DNA of 50,351 nucleotides from an uncultured Bacilli bacterium (GTDB lineage Bacteria; Bacillota_I; Bacilli_A; RF39; UBA660): contig CALVUM010000083.1 in NCBI GenBank assembly GCA_944363605.1, positions 1 through 50,351 of the forward strand, read 5' to 3'. How positions within the stretch are numbered: the first letter of the stretch is position 1; the number at the start of each line of letters is the position of its first letter. The position numbers and the translations under genes were made by a program. Of the stretch, positions 1 through 8,948 are shown piece by piece. A model generated the notes under the pieces. It saw only the letters and a list, made by a program, of their open reading frames with translations, did not search any database and had not been told where the DNA came from.

Positions 1-1
1 T

Positions 2-1345
2 GAATTTACCGAACAAACAAGTTCAATCGCCTTAAATAACACTTATCCAATAAGTGATACAAAAGGACTTACGACAAATCCATATACGTTTACGATCAAA
101 AACACCTGTACAATTGATGCCTCATACAATGTAACCTTAAATACTTTAACTACGAATACAATGAATAAAAGTTGGCTAAAATATGCTATTTATAAAAGTA
201 CAGAAATAAAACCAACAACAGGAACAAATCTAGGAACAAATACAAACTATAATACCGCAACGGAAGAATTACAAATCACAAACTTAGATGAATCCATAAT
301 CATTGCGAGTGGCGAATTAAAACAAAATGAAAGTGTTACCTACAATTTTTACTTATGGATGGATGAAACAACCGGAAATGAAGCAATGAACACCAAATTC
401 GAAGGAAGTATCAACATAATAAGTTCAGCTACCAAAATAGAAACGGCAGCTGATACGATTCTAGCTAAAGGAGAAACAAGTGAACTTGCCTATGATGGAA
501 CAACAGATAATAATCTAAGATATATCGGAGCCGATCCAAATAATTATGTTTCATTCAATAATGAGTTATGGCGAATAATCGGAGTATTTAACAATATTGA
601 TGATGGAACAGGAATAAAAGAAACAAGATTGAAAATTATTCGAGCAGAACCGATTGGAAAATATAGTTGGGATAATAAAGCAAGTGGCACAGGATCTTCT
701 ACAAGTGATTATGGAAGCAGTGATTGGAGTGATTCCGCCTTACAACTTGTGCTAAACGAAGGAGCCTATTGGAATAGAACAACCGGAGAATGCCCATATG
801 GACAAAATGATGCGACAACAGCTTGTGATTTTAGTAGTACTGGCTTAACAGAAGAAGCAAAAAGTATGATAGGTACTACTTTGTGGAGTTTAGGAGGAGC
901 AAGTCATTCAAGTTCAAGTACTGGATTAGCAAGTCATTGGTACTCCTATGAAAGAGGAACAACCGTATATAGTGGAAGACCAAAAGAATGGATAGGAAAA
1001 ATCGGACTTATGTATCCTTCAGATTATGGCTATGCGACCAGTGGAGGAACTACAACGAATAGAGAAACCTGTTTAAATGCAGCATTATTTAATTGGAATT
1101 TCTCATCATATAGTGACTGTTATAGTAATGATTGGCTATACGATAGTTCTAACTACCAATGGACATTAACCCCCTACTTTGATAATAGCGCCTACGTGTT
1201 TTATGTGAACGACACTGGGAAAGTGTACAGCACCAATGCGAACTATACGGCTCCTGTCGCCTCCCCCGCCTTATACCTAAAAGCTAATGTAAAAATCAGT
1301 GGGGGAATAGGAACGAGTTCGGATCCGTATAGCTTAAGTCTATAG
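2..1345 (+). CDS. Predicted surface protein, 5'-truncated by the window edge; TasA/camelysin-like N-terminal region and C-type-lectin-like (DUF6273-like) C-terminal domain; candidate DGR target
   Basis: The frame is open from nt 2 (EFTEQTSSIALNNTYPISDTKGLTTNPYTFTIKNTC), aligning with AYPITNDEGMKTIPYTFTIKNTC of the 20114 protein, so ATG 161 is not the true start. Family motifs are NNYVSFNNELWRIIG, IGLMYPSDY, WTLTP and the GIGTSSDPY terminus. Confidence 0.7.
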   Translation, partial: EFTEQTSSIALNNTYPISDTKGLTTNPYTFTIKNTCTIDASYNVTLNTLTTNTMNKSWLKYAIYKSTEIKPTTGTNLGTNTNYNTATEELQITNLDESIIIASGELKQNESVTYNFYLWMDETTGNEAMNTKFEGSINIISSATKIETAADTILAKGETSELAYDGTTDNNLRYIGADPNNYVSFNNELWRIIGVFNNIDDGTGIKETRLKIIRAEPIGKYSWDNKASGTGSSTSDYGSSDWSDSALQLVLNEGAYWNRTTGECPYGQNDATTACDFSSTGLTEEAKSMIGTTLWSLGGASHSSSSTGLASHWYSYERGTTVYSGRPKEWIGKIGLMYPSDYGYATSGGTTTNRETCLNAALFNWNFSSYSDCYSNDWLYDSSNYQWTLTPYFDNSAYVFYVNDTGKVYSTNANYTAPVASPALYLKANVKISGGIGTSSDPYSLSL

Positions 1346-1360
1346 GAAAACGAAAAAAGG

Positions 1361-1389
1361 ACCCAGTCACGCATAAGAGTGACAGGGGT
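1361..1389 (+). repeat. GC-rich imperfect hairpin just downstream of the candidate DGR target
   Basis: ACCCAGTCACGC-ATAA-GAGTGACAGGGGT: GTCAC/GTGAC core with CCC/GGG flanks; no long U tract. Confidence 0.5.
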
Positions 1390-1656
1390 TTGGCTAGTTA
1401 TCCACTTTGATTATTTGATAAAAAGTAAAAGAAGTAATACCTTTGAATTTTTCTCGAAGTAATTAGAAAGCAGGTTTTTGTAAGAGAAAACTTATTTTTT
1501 AATAAGTATTAGGTTTTTAGGGACACGTTAATAAGTTTACGTTTAATAAAAAACGACAATAAAACTCATTATGCGACAAAACCTATCAAAAAAAGCTCTT
1601 GATAGAAAAGAAAAGAGTCTATAGAATATCTTTCCAAGAAACGGAGAGGTATTTTT

Positions 1657-2487
1657 ATGATGGAAACAAAAGAAAAATTTTATACGGCAAAGTATGACCG
1701 AGTTTTTAAAGAAATCTTCTTAAAAGAAGAAAACGAAGATTTATTAAAAGAACTCTTAAAAGTTGCTTTAAAAGAAGTTTCTATAAAAGAAATAAAAAAA
1801 GTGTTAAATGTTGAAAAGAATGTGAGGAATATTCATGTCCGAAGAAAATATGTCGATGTTTTATTAGAAACGGATATTGGCTTAGTCGGGATCGAGATCA
1901 ACAGTTCTGTAAAAGATTATCTGCATGTGAGAAATTTTGCCTATCACTGTGACACCTATGCCCATTACACCGAAACCGGAGAATACTACCGCGAAGATAT
2001 CTATATCATTCAAATTAATTTGACTTATGGAATTAAAAATGATGAAGAAATAATGAGGGTTTATGAAGTACAAGATAAGACCCAGAAAAAGTTTGTCGAA
2101 AACTTCCAGGTAATTGAATACAATATGGACAAAGTAATGGAGTATTGGTATACTAAAGACGAGAAAAAGATAAAGGAATACTTATATTTAATACTTCTTG
2201 ATTTAGGAAAAGAAGAATTAGAAGAAGTAGCAAAGGAAAGTCTGGAGGTAGAGAAATATATGAAAGATTTAGAAAAAGTGAATGAAGATCCAAGGTTCAG
2301 AGAATTTATGACCAAAGAAGAAGATGAAAGAAAAATCAGAAATACCGAATTAAAGGCTGCAGAAGAAAAAGGTTTGTTACAAGGAAAAATCGAAATTGCT
2401 AGGAAAATGCTTTTAAAAAATAAAAGTATAGAAGAGATTATGGAATTTACGAATTTAACTAAAGATGAAATTGACAAATTATTTTAA
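1657..2487 (+). CDS. Rpn family recombination-promoting nuclease / PD-(D/E)XK putative transposase
   Basis: N-terminal KYDRVFKEIF; VDVLLETDIGLVGIEIN nuclease core; C-terminal EEKGLLQGKIEIARKML...SIEEIMEFTNLTKDEI tail; RBS GGAGAGG. Confidence 0.85.
   Translation: MMETKEKFYTAKYDRVFKEIFLKEENEDLLKELLKVALKEVSIKEIKKVLNVEKNVRNIHVRRKYVDVLLETDIGLVGIEINSSVKDYLHVRNFAYHCDTYAHYTETGEYYREDIYIIQINLTYGIKNDEEIMRVYEVQDKTQKKFVENFQVIEYNMDKVMEYWYTKDEKKIKEYLYLILLDLGKEELEEVAKESLEVEKYMKDLEKVNEDPRFREFMTKEEDERKIRNTELKAAEEKGLLQGKIEIARKMLLKNKSIEEIMEFTNLTKDEIDKLF
2260..2487 (+). CDS. Putative intragenic small protein (Rpn C-terminal domain, 75 aa) from an internal start
   Basis: GGAGGT at 2244-2249, 10 nt upstream of in-frame ATG 2260; the same RBS/ATG geometry is kept in the downstream copy. 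Confidence 0.55.
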   Translation: MKDLEKVNEDPRFREFMTKEEDERKIRNTELKAAEEKGLLQGKIEIARKMLLKNKSIEEIMEFTNLTKDEIDKLF

Positions 2488-2612
2488 AAATGTAATAAAA
2501 CCTATCAAAAAAGTTCTTGAAGATAAGGTAATACTTATATTTAATTCTCATTGATTTAGGAAAAGAAGAGTTAGAAGAAGTATCAAAGAAAAATCCGGAG
2601 GTAAAAAAGTAT

Positions 2613-2840
2613 ATGAAAAATTCAGAAAAAGTAAATGAAGATCCAAGATTTAGAGAATTTATGACCAAAGAAGAAGATGAGAGAAAAATTAGAAATACGG
2701 AATTATATGCAGCAGAGGAAAAAGGATTGTTACAAGGAAAAATTGAAATTGCTAAAAACTTATTAGGTGAGCTTTCAATAGAAAAAATATCAGAAGTGAC
2801 TGGTTTAGAAATAGAAGAGATCAAGAAATTAGAGTCTTGA
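2613..2840 (+). CDS. Stand-alone Rpn C-terminal-domain small protein (75 aa), variant copy
   Basis: Nearly identical to 2260-2400 up to KIEIA, then a different tail; GGAGGT at 2597-2602, 10 nt before the ATG. Confidence 0.7.
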   Translation: MKNSEKVNEDPRFREFMTKEEDERKIRNTELYAAEEKGLLQGKIEIAKNLLGELSIEKISEVTGLEIEEIKKLES

Positions 2841-2847
2841 TTTTTTT
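2821..2847 (+). terminator. Possible intrinsic terminator
   Basis: TCAAGA...TCTTGA stem followed by T7. Confidence 0.4.
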
Positions 2848-2931
2848 CTTTGATAAATCCTTGTAAAGTGTTGTATATGCTACTTTCTTCCTTTTTGGTT
2901 TCATGGTATATTTAAAAGGCGGAGGGATGAT

Positions 2932-5163
2932 ATGAAGGAAGAATGGAAAAATTTTAAAGAAGGAGTTTGGATGAATGAAGTTAATGTGTCTGATTTCATT
3001 TTGAAAAACTATACAAAATATGATGATGATGAATCTTTTTTATCTGGAACTACAGATAAAACTGGAAGAGTTTTAAAAAAGGTTAATGATTTATTAAAAG
3101 AAGAATTAGAGAAGCTTGTGTTAGATATTGATGTTGATCACATGGCTTCTATCAATGCTTTTAAACCTGGATATATTAGTGAAAATGATGACGTTATTGT
3201 TGGACTTCAAACGGATGCGCCTTTAAAACGCATTGTTAATCCTTATGGTGGAATAAGGATGGTTTATCAAGAACTTGATGCTTATGGTTATAAATTAAAT
3301 GAAACAGTTGATAAATATTTTAATGAGTTTCGTAAAACTCATAATCAAGGAGTTTTTGATGCGTACCCTGAAAGTGTAAGAAAAGCTAGACATGTGGGAT
3401 TATTGACGGGTCTTCCTGATGCTTATGGAAGAGGAAGAATTATTGGTGATTACCGAAGAGTAGCTTTATATGGTATTGATTATTTGATGGAGCAAAAAAA
3501 GAAAGATTGGGATGAAGTTTTAGTCGGTCCAATGACTTCTCAACTTATTCAGTTAAGAGAAGATGTTTCGATGCAATATCGTGCTTTAGAAGAAATTAAA
3601 AAAATGGCTCTTTCTTATGGGTTTGATATTTCTAAACCAGCTAAAAATAGTCGTGAAGCTGTTCAATGGACCTATTTTGGGTATTTAGCAGCCGTTAAAG
3701 AAAATAATGGGGCGGCAATGAGTTTAGGAAGAGTAGATGCTTTTTTTGATATTTATTTTGAACGTGATTTAAAAGAAGGAACAATTACGGAAAGGGATAT
3801 TCAAGAAATTATTGATCAGTTTGTTATTAAACTTCGTCTTGTAAGACATTTAAGAACACCTGATTATGATGAGTTGTTTTCTGGCGATCCTACATGGGTA
3901 ACTTGTTCAATAGGTGGAATTACTGAAAAAGGCGAATCGATGGTTACAAAAACTTCTTACCGAATTTTACATACATTAACTAACCTTGATCCGGCACCTG
4001 AACCTAATATGACTGTTTTATGGAGCGAACATTTACCAGAAAATTTTAAAAAATATTGTGCTAAACTTTCTATTGAAACGGATTCTATTCAATATGAAAA
4101 TGATGATGTCATGCGTCCAATTTATGGGGATGACTATGCAATTGCTTGTTGTGTTTCTGCGATGCGTGAAGGAAAGGATATGCAATTTTTTGGCGCACGT
4201 TGTAATTTAGCTAAAGCCCTTTTATATTCGATTAATGGAGGTATTGATGAAATAAAAGGGGATTTAGTTATTGATGGATTTTCTAAAATAACGGATGAAG
4301 TGTTAGATTACGACAAAGTGCATGATGCTTATTTTAAAATGTTAGAAGAGGTTGCTTCTGTTTACAGTGATGCGATGAATGTTATTCATTACATGCATGA
4401 TAAATATGCTTATGAAGCTGGACAAATGGCTTTACATGATACATATGTTAGAAGACTTATGGCTTATGGAGTTGCCGGTTTATCTGTAGTAGCTGATTCT
4501 TTGTCAGCAATTAAATATGCTAAAGTTAAACCAATAAGAAATGAAGATGGTATTGCAGTTGATTTTGAAATAGAAGGGGATTTTCCTAAATATGGGAATG
4601 ATGATGATCGGGTAGATGATTTGGCTAAAGAAGTATTAGAAAAATTTTATGCTGAGCTTTCTAAACATAAATGCTACCGAGATGCAGTACCTACTTTATC
4701 TGTCTTAACGATTACTTCAAATGTTGTTTACGGAAGTAAGACAGGAAGTACTCCTGATGGACGGGAAAAAGGAGTTCCGTTTGCGCCTGGAGCCAATCCA
4801 ATGCACGGTAGAGATGAAAATGGCGCGATTGCTTCATTAAATTCGGTAGCAAAACTTAACTATGCGAATTGTTGTCGTGATGGAATATCTAACACCTTTA
4901 GTATTGTTCCTACTTCTTTAGGACATTCTAAGGAAGAACAAATCGAAAATTTAGTTTCTTTACTCGATGGATATTTTATTCAAGGTGCCCATCATTTAAA
5001 TGTTAATGTGTTAAGTCGTGAAACTTTAATTGATGCAATGGAACATCCAGATAAATATCCATTACTTACGATTCGTGTTTCTGGTTATGCAGTTCGTTTT
5101 AACCGGTTAACTCGCAAACAACAAGAGGAAGTTATCGCGAGAACTTTCCATGAAAAATTATGA
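2932..5163 (+). CDS. pflB: Formate C-acetyltransferase (pyruvate formate-lyase)
   Basis: [22 protein letters not shown]; IACCVS catalytic cysteines; TIRVSGYAV glycyl-radical motif. Confidence 0.98.
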   Translation: MKEEWKNFKEGVWMNEVNVSDFILKNYTKYDDDESFLSGTTDKTGRVLKKVNDLLKEELEKLVLDIDVDHMASINAFKPGYISENDDVIVGLQTDAPLKRIVNPYGGIRMVYQELDAYGYKLNETVDKYFNEFRKTHNQGVFDAYPESVRKARHVGLLTGLPDAYGRGRIIGDYRRVALYGIDYLMEQKKKDWDEVLVGPMTSQLIQLREDVSMQYRALEEIKKMALSYGFDISKPAKNSREAVQWTYFGYLAAVKENNGAAMSLGRVDAFFDIYFERDLKEGTITERDIQEIIDQFVIKLRLVRHLRTPDYDELFSGDPTWVTCSIGGITEKGESMVTKTSYRILHTLTNLDPAPEPNMTVLWSEHLPENFKKYCAKLSIETDSIQYENDDVMRPIYGDDYAIACCVSAMREGKDMQFFGARCNLAKALLYSINGGIDEIKGDLVIDGFSKITDEVLDYDKVHDAYFKMLEEVASVYSDAMNVIHYMHDKYAYEAGQMALHDTYVRRLMAYGVAGLSVVADSLSAIKYAKVKPIRNEDGIAVDFEIEGDFPKYGNDDDRVDDLAKEVLEKFYAELSKHKCYRDAVPTLSVLTITSNVVYGSKTGSTPDGREKGVPFAPGANPMHGRDENGAIASLNSVAKLNYANCCRDGISNTFSIVPTSLGHSKEEQIENLVSLLDGYFIQGAHHLNVNVLSRETLIDAMEHPDKYPLLTIRVSGYAVRFNRLTRKQQEEVIARTFHEKL

Positions 5164-5882
5164 TGGGAAGCGTTGACTCTATTGAAACATTTGGACTTGT
5201 CGATGGCCCCGGGATTAGAACAGTCGTTTTTTTCTCGGGGTGCATGTTACGTTGTTTATTTTGCCATAATCCAGAAATGTTTCAAAAAAAAGAAAAGAAT
5301 ATGGATGTAGATACTTTAGTAAAAAGAATTTTACGAAATAAGCCTTATTTTAAAAGAAATCAAGGTGGTGTCACATTTTCTGGAGGAGAACCTTTACTTC
5401 AAGTAGATTTTTTATTAGAAGTTTGCAAAAAGTTAAAAGAGGAAAATGTTCATATCGCTTTAGATACAGCAGGTGTGGGAATTGGTAAATATGATGAAAT
5501 TCTTTCTTTGGTTGATTTAGTTATTTTAGATATTAAGCATACCAATCCATTAGGATATGAAAAAATGACTGGGCATAAGATGAATGAAGTAGAGAAATTC
5601 ATTGTTTCTTTAAATAAAAGCGGAAAAGATGTTTGGTTAAGACAAGTTGTTGTACCTAATATAACGGATCAAGAAGAATATTTAGATTCTTTAGTGTATT
5701 ACATTCAAAAAATTAAAAATGTCAAAAAAGTTGAATTTTTACCTTTTCATCATTTGGGATTTGAAAAATATGAAAAGTTAGGAATAAAAAATCCCCTTTT
5801 ACATACAGAGGAAATGGATAAAATTCGTTGCGATGAACTTTATAAAAAATTTTGGGAAAAATATCAAAGTGAGGGAAAATAA
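5160..5882 (+). CDS. pflA: Pyruvate formate-lyase activating enzyme (radical SAM)
   Basis: [23 protein letters not shown] (CxxxCxxC), [10 protein letters not shown]; follows pflB. Confidence 0.96.
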   Translation: MMGSVDSIETFGLVDGPGIRTVVFFSGCMLRCLFCHNPEMFQKKEKNMDVDTLVKRILRNKPYFKRNQGGVTFSGGEPLLQVDFLLEVCKKLKEENVHIALDTAGVGIGKYDEILSLVDLVILDIKHTNPLGYEKMTGHKMNEVEKFIVSLNKSGKDVWLRQVVVPNITDQEEYLDSLVYYIQKIKNVKKVEFLPFHHLGFEKYEKLGIKNPLLHTEEMDKIRCDELYKKFWEKYQSEGK

Positions 5883-6343
5883 TGCTTACTTTTCAAAGAA
5901 TTGATATAAATGACAAGACCATTGCTTTGTTAGGGAAGTTACGTTACGATGCTTATGCGATTGATTTTTTAAATTTTACTACAAAAGGAACAGAAACTTA
6001 CTATAGTCATGAGCTTAAAAATAAAAAGTATTTAGTTTATGGAGCTTATTTAGCAAATGAGTTGGTTGCAGCTTGTTATATATCTGATGTTTTTAATTCT
6101 TTATATATTGAACAAATATTTGTGAAAAAATCTTTACAATATGATCAAGAAAACAATTTACATATTGGTTCAAATCTTTTGAAATTTGTTTTAAAGAACC
6201 GTTTTCAAATCGAAGAATATTTTCAAAAGAAGTTTCAGGTTTGTAAATTATCCCCAGGATCAAAGGAAGCTCAAATGTTTTATGAAAAAATGGGTTTTAA
6301 GTTAGCTAATGAACAAATGGATATTTTTGAGAAAAAAATTTAA
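5882..6343 (+). CDS. GNAT-family N-acetyltransferase-like protein
   Basis: LYIEQIFVKKSLQ...HIGSNLL (motif A-like) and AQMFYEKMGF (motif B). Confidence 0.65.
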   Translation: MLTFQRIDINDKTIALLGKLRYDAYAIDFLNFTTKGTETYYSHELKNKKYLVYGAYLANELVAACYISDVFNSLYIEQIFVKKSLQYDQENNLHIGSNLLKFVLKNRFQIEEYFQKKFQVCKLSPGSKEAQMFYEKMGFKLANEQMDIFEKKI

Positions 6344-6452
6344 ACTATGAGGAAAAGGAAATTACTTTTCTTTTTTCTATGGTTGTTTTTTTAGCTATTT
6401 TATGATATAAAAAGTATAAATTGTTTTTTAAAATGATTATTGTATATAAAGG

Positions 6453-6902
6453 ATGTTTTTTATGGATATAAAGTATAATTTTGTTTGTCCAACATATAAA
6501 AAATTACTTCAATTAGAAAAACTTCGAATTGACGCCTATCAAGAACCTCCTGTGTGTGATGAAAGAAGGCATTATTTAGAAGCTTTGGAATCTGGAAGAT
6601 ACATTGCGATGACTTCTTCTTTTGATGATGAATTACTCGCTGGATGTTATATTTCCTCTTCTTTTTCTTCATTATCTATCGAGCAATTATTCGTGGCTTA
6701 TCGTTATCAAGAAAAAGGGTATTATTTAGGGAAAAGATTATTAATGGAAGTTTTACGTAATCAAAGAAAAATTGAAGAAATTTTTCAAATGGAATTTAGT
6801 GAATCTAGGTTATATGCTTCAACTTCAAAAGCTAGAAGAATCTATGAAAGTTTAGGATATCAAGGGAAGAAGGCCGATGTGTGGTTAATAAAAAAATTGT
6901 AA
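6453..6902 (+). CDS. GNAT-family N-acetyltransferase-like protein, paralog of the upstream gene
   Basis: LSIEQLFVAYRYQEKGYYLGKRLL and ARRIYESLGY; shares KLRxDAY and ELxAxCYIS with 5882..6343. Confidence 0.65.
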   Translation: MFFMDIKYNFVCPTYKKLLQLEKLRIDAYQEPPVCDERRHYLEALESGRYIAMTSSFDDELLAGCYISSSFSSLSIEQLFVAYRYQEKGYYLGKRLLMEVLRNQRKIEEIFQMEFSESRLYASTSKARRIYESLGYQGKKADVWLIKKL

Positions 6903-6915
6903 AGGACGTGATTTT

Positions 6916-8190
6916 ATGTTTATTGATGAAGTTAAAATGAAATTAGTTGCTGGAAAAGGTGGCGATGGTTGTACCTCTTTCCGTCGCGAAAAATACGTGC
7001 CAATGGGTGGTCCTGATGGTGGAAGTGGTGGTAAAGGTGGCGATATTGTTTTTTTAGTAGATGATAGCTTAACTACTCTTATCGATTTAAAATTTCATAA
7101 AATTATGAAAGCAACTAAAGGAGAAAATGGAAAAGGCAAAAATATGCGTGGGAAAAATGCTTTGGATGTTGTTATAAAGGTTCCAGCTGGCACGACGATT
7201 TACGATGAAGATACTGGGCTAGTTATTGCTGATTTAACGAAAAATGGCGAGAGTGTTGTTGTTGCACATGGTGGACGTGGAGGGCGTGGTAATACCGCGT
7301 TTGCCACTCATGAAAAACCGGCTCCAGCGTTTTCTGAGCTCGGAGAACCCGGAGAAATCCGTTATATTAAATGTGAGTTAAAAGTTATTGCTGATGTTGG
7401 GCTTGTTGGAATGCCTAGCGTTGGCAAAAGTACTCTTCTTGCTTCCGTTTCATCAGCAAATCCTAAAATTGCTGCATACCATTTTACGACATTAAGTCCT
7501 AATCTTGGGGTGGTAACTTTAAAAGATCGTCGTACATTTATTTTGGCTGATTTACCAGGAATGATTGAAGGTGCGAGTGAAGGAGTTGGATTAGGAACAA
7601 AGTTTTTAAAACATGCTTCTAGAACGCGCATTTTAGCTCATGTCATCGATATGGCTGGGACAGAAGGTAGAGATCCTATTAAAGACTATGAAATTATTCG
7701 AAAAGAAATTGTAAGCTATAGTGATGCTTTAGCGAACAAAAAGGAAATTATTGTTGCAAATAAAATGGATATGCCTGGATTTGCAGAAAATTTAAAAAGA
7801 TTTCAGGAAAAATATCCTGATAAAGAAATTTTTTCCATAAGTGCAATGAATCATGAAGGTTTAGAGCCACTTCTTACTCACTTACGTGATGTTTTAGAAG
7901 AATTAGGTGAGGAAAAAATTTATCAAGACGAGGAATATGAAAGTACGATCGTTTATAAATTTCAAAATGAAAAACCTTATACGATTACTAAAGAAGATGG
8001 AATTTGGGTTTTAAAAGGTGAAGAAATTGAGAAATTATTTAAAATGACTCGTTTTACTGAAGATGAGGCTGTTGCTCGGTTTGGACGTAGATTAAAAGGT
8101 ATGGGAATCGATGATGAATTAGAACGTTTGGGTGCTAAACCAGGTGATGAAGTTCAAATTTTAGATTATATTTTTGAATGGAAAGAATAA
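6916..8190 (+). CDS. obgE: GTPase ObgE/CgtA
   Basis: MFIDEV, Gly-rich Obg fold, ADVGLVGMPSVGKSTLL, YHFTTL, DLPG, NKMD; Firmicutes-type C-terminal domain. Confidence 0.98.
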   Translation: MFIDEVKMKLVAGKGGDGCTSFRREKYVPMGGPDGGSGGKGGDIVFLVDDSLTTLIDLKFHKIMKATKGENGKGKNMRGKNALDVVIKVPAGTTIYDEDTGLVIADLTKNGESVVVAHGGRGGRGNTAFATHEKPAPAFSELGEPGEIRYIKCELKVIADVGLVGMPSVGKSTLLASVSSANPKIAAYHFTTLSPNLGVVTLKDRRTFILADLPGMIEGASEGVGLGTKFLKHASRTRILAHVIDMAGTEGRDPIKDYEIIRKEIVSYSDALANKKEIIVANKMDMPGFAENLKRFQEKYPDKEIFSISAMNHEGLEPLLTHLRDVLEELGEEKIYQDEEYESTIVYKFQNEKPYTITKEDGIWVLKGEEIEKLFKMTRFTEDEAVARFGRRLKGMGIDDELERLGAKPGDEVQILDYIFEWKE

Positions 8191-8342
8191 ATGATGATTA
8201 CCTTCTTTTTTAACTCATGCAAAGAATTTTTATTAGATTTGAATCGTTATGTAATATAGATACTGAAATTGACCAATTTGAAGAGATGATTTTGGATTCA
8301 ATAATTCTTAGAACAGAAGAGATTTGGGCAAAAAAAGAACAT

Positions 8343-8675
8343 TTAGTCAGTCTCTTTAAATTTAATTATTGAGCCTATAACTAAATTTTTACTAGTATTT
8401 TTAGGTAATTCTAAAATACTAGTTTTTTCTTCGTTAGTACTTATTTTTACAATTTTGTTTTTGGGAACATTTCGATAAATATAAATGACTTGATTTTCTT
8501 TATTTAAGCCGATTACATCAATTTCTTCTTTCATAAAAAAAGTATGAATCGCTTTACAATTTGGAAACAAAATTCCTTCTTGAATGTTTTTCTTTCCCAT
8601 TAAACCAAATAGTCTTGTTTTGAAATCCGTAGCGTTTTTAATATTTATCATTCTATTATTTGTTTTTATTTTCAT
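8343..8675 (-). CDS. DUF192 family protein
   Basis: A..F.TRLFGLMGK, GILFPNCKAIHTFFM, IDVIGL, ILELP pattern. Confidence 0.8.
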   Translation of the reverse strand: MKIKTNNRMINIKNATDFKTRLFGLMGKKNIQEGILFPNCKAIHTFFMKEEIDVIGLNKENQVIYIYRNVPKNKIVKISTNEEKTSILELPKNTSKNLVIGSIIKFKETD

Positions 8676-8948
8676 ATTTTTGTTGCTCCTTTATAACAAT
8701 CCTATTATTGTTTACACAAAAGTATGATAAAATTTATTTATAATAATCATTTCTTTTTTATAACAATTATAATAATGAGCTTAATATTCTCTAAATTAAT
8801 TATATAATGTGGAGGATTTTAAAACAAGTGAACGTGATGATATTTATAAATTTTTTTAAAATACACAAGAAAAAATCGTTCTTTTTTTTTTCCTTGTCAA
8901 TTCACTTAGTTACTGATATAATGTTTTAGAGTAGGAGAGTGACTAAAA

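Noticed and set aside
1398-1406. DnaA-box-like TTATCCACT
   Set aside because: Single 8/9 match with no cluster, and the window looks like the terminus.
1882-2824. Minus-strand ORFs 1882-2073, 2061-2477 and 2459-2824
   Set aside because: Antisense shadows of the Rpn gene and its copy; Ser/Phe-rich composition and no RBS.
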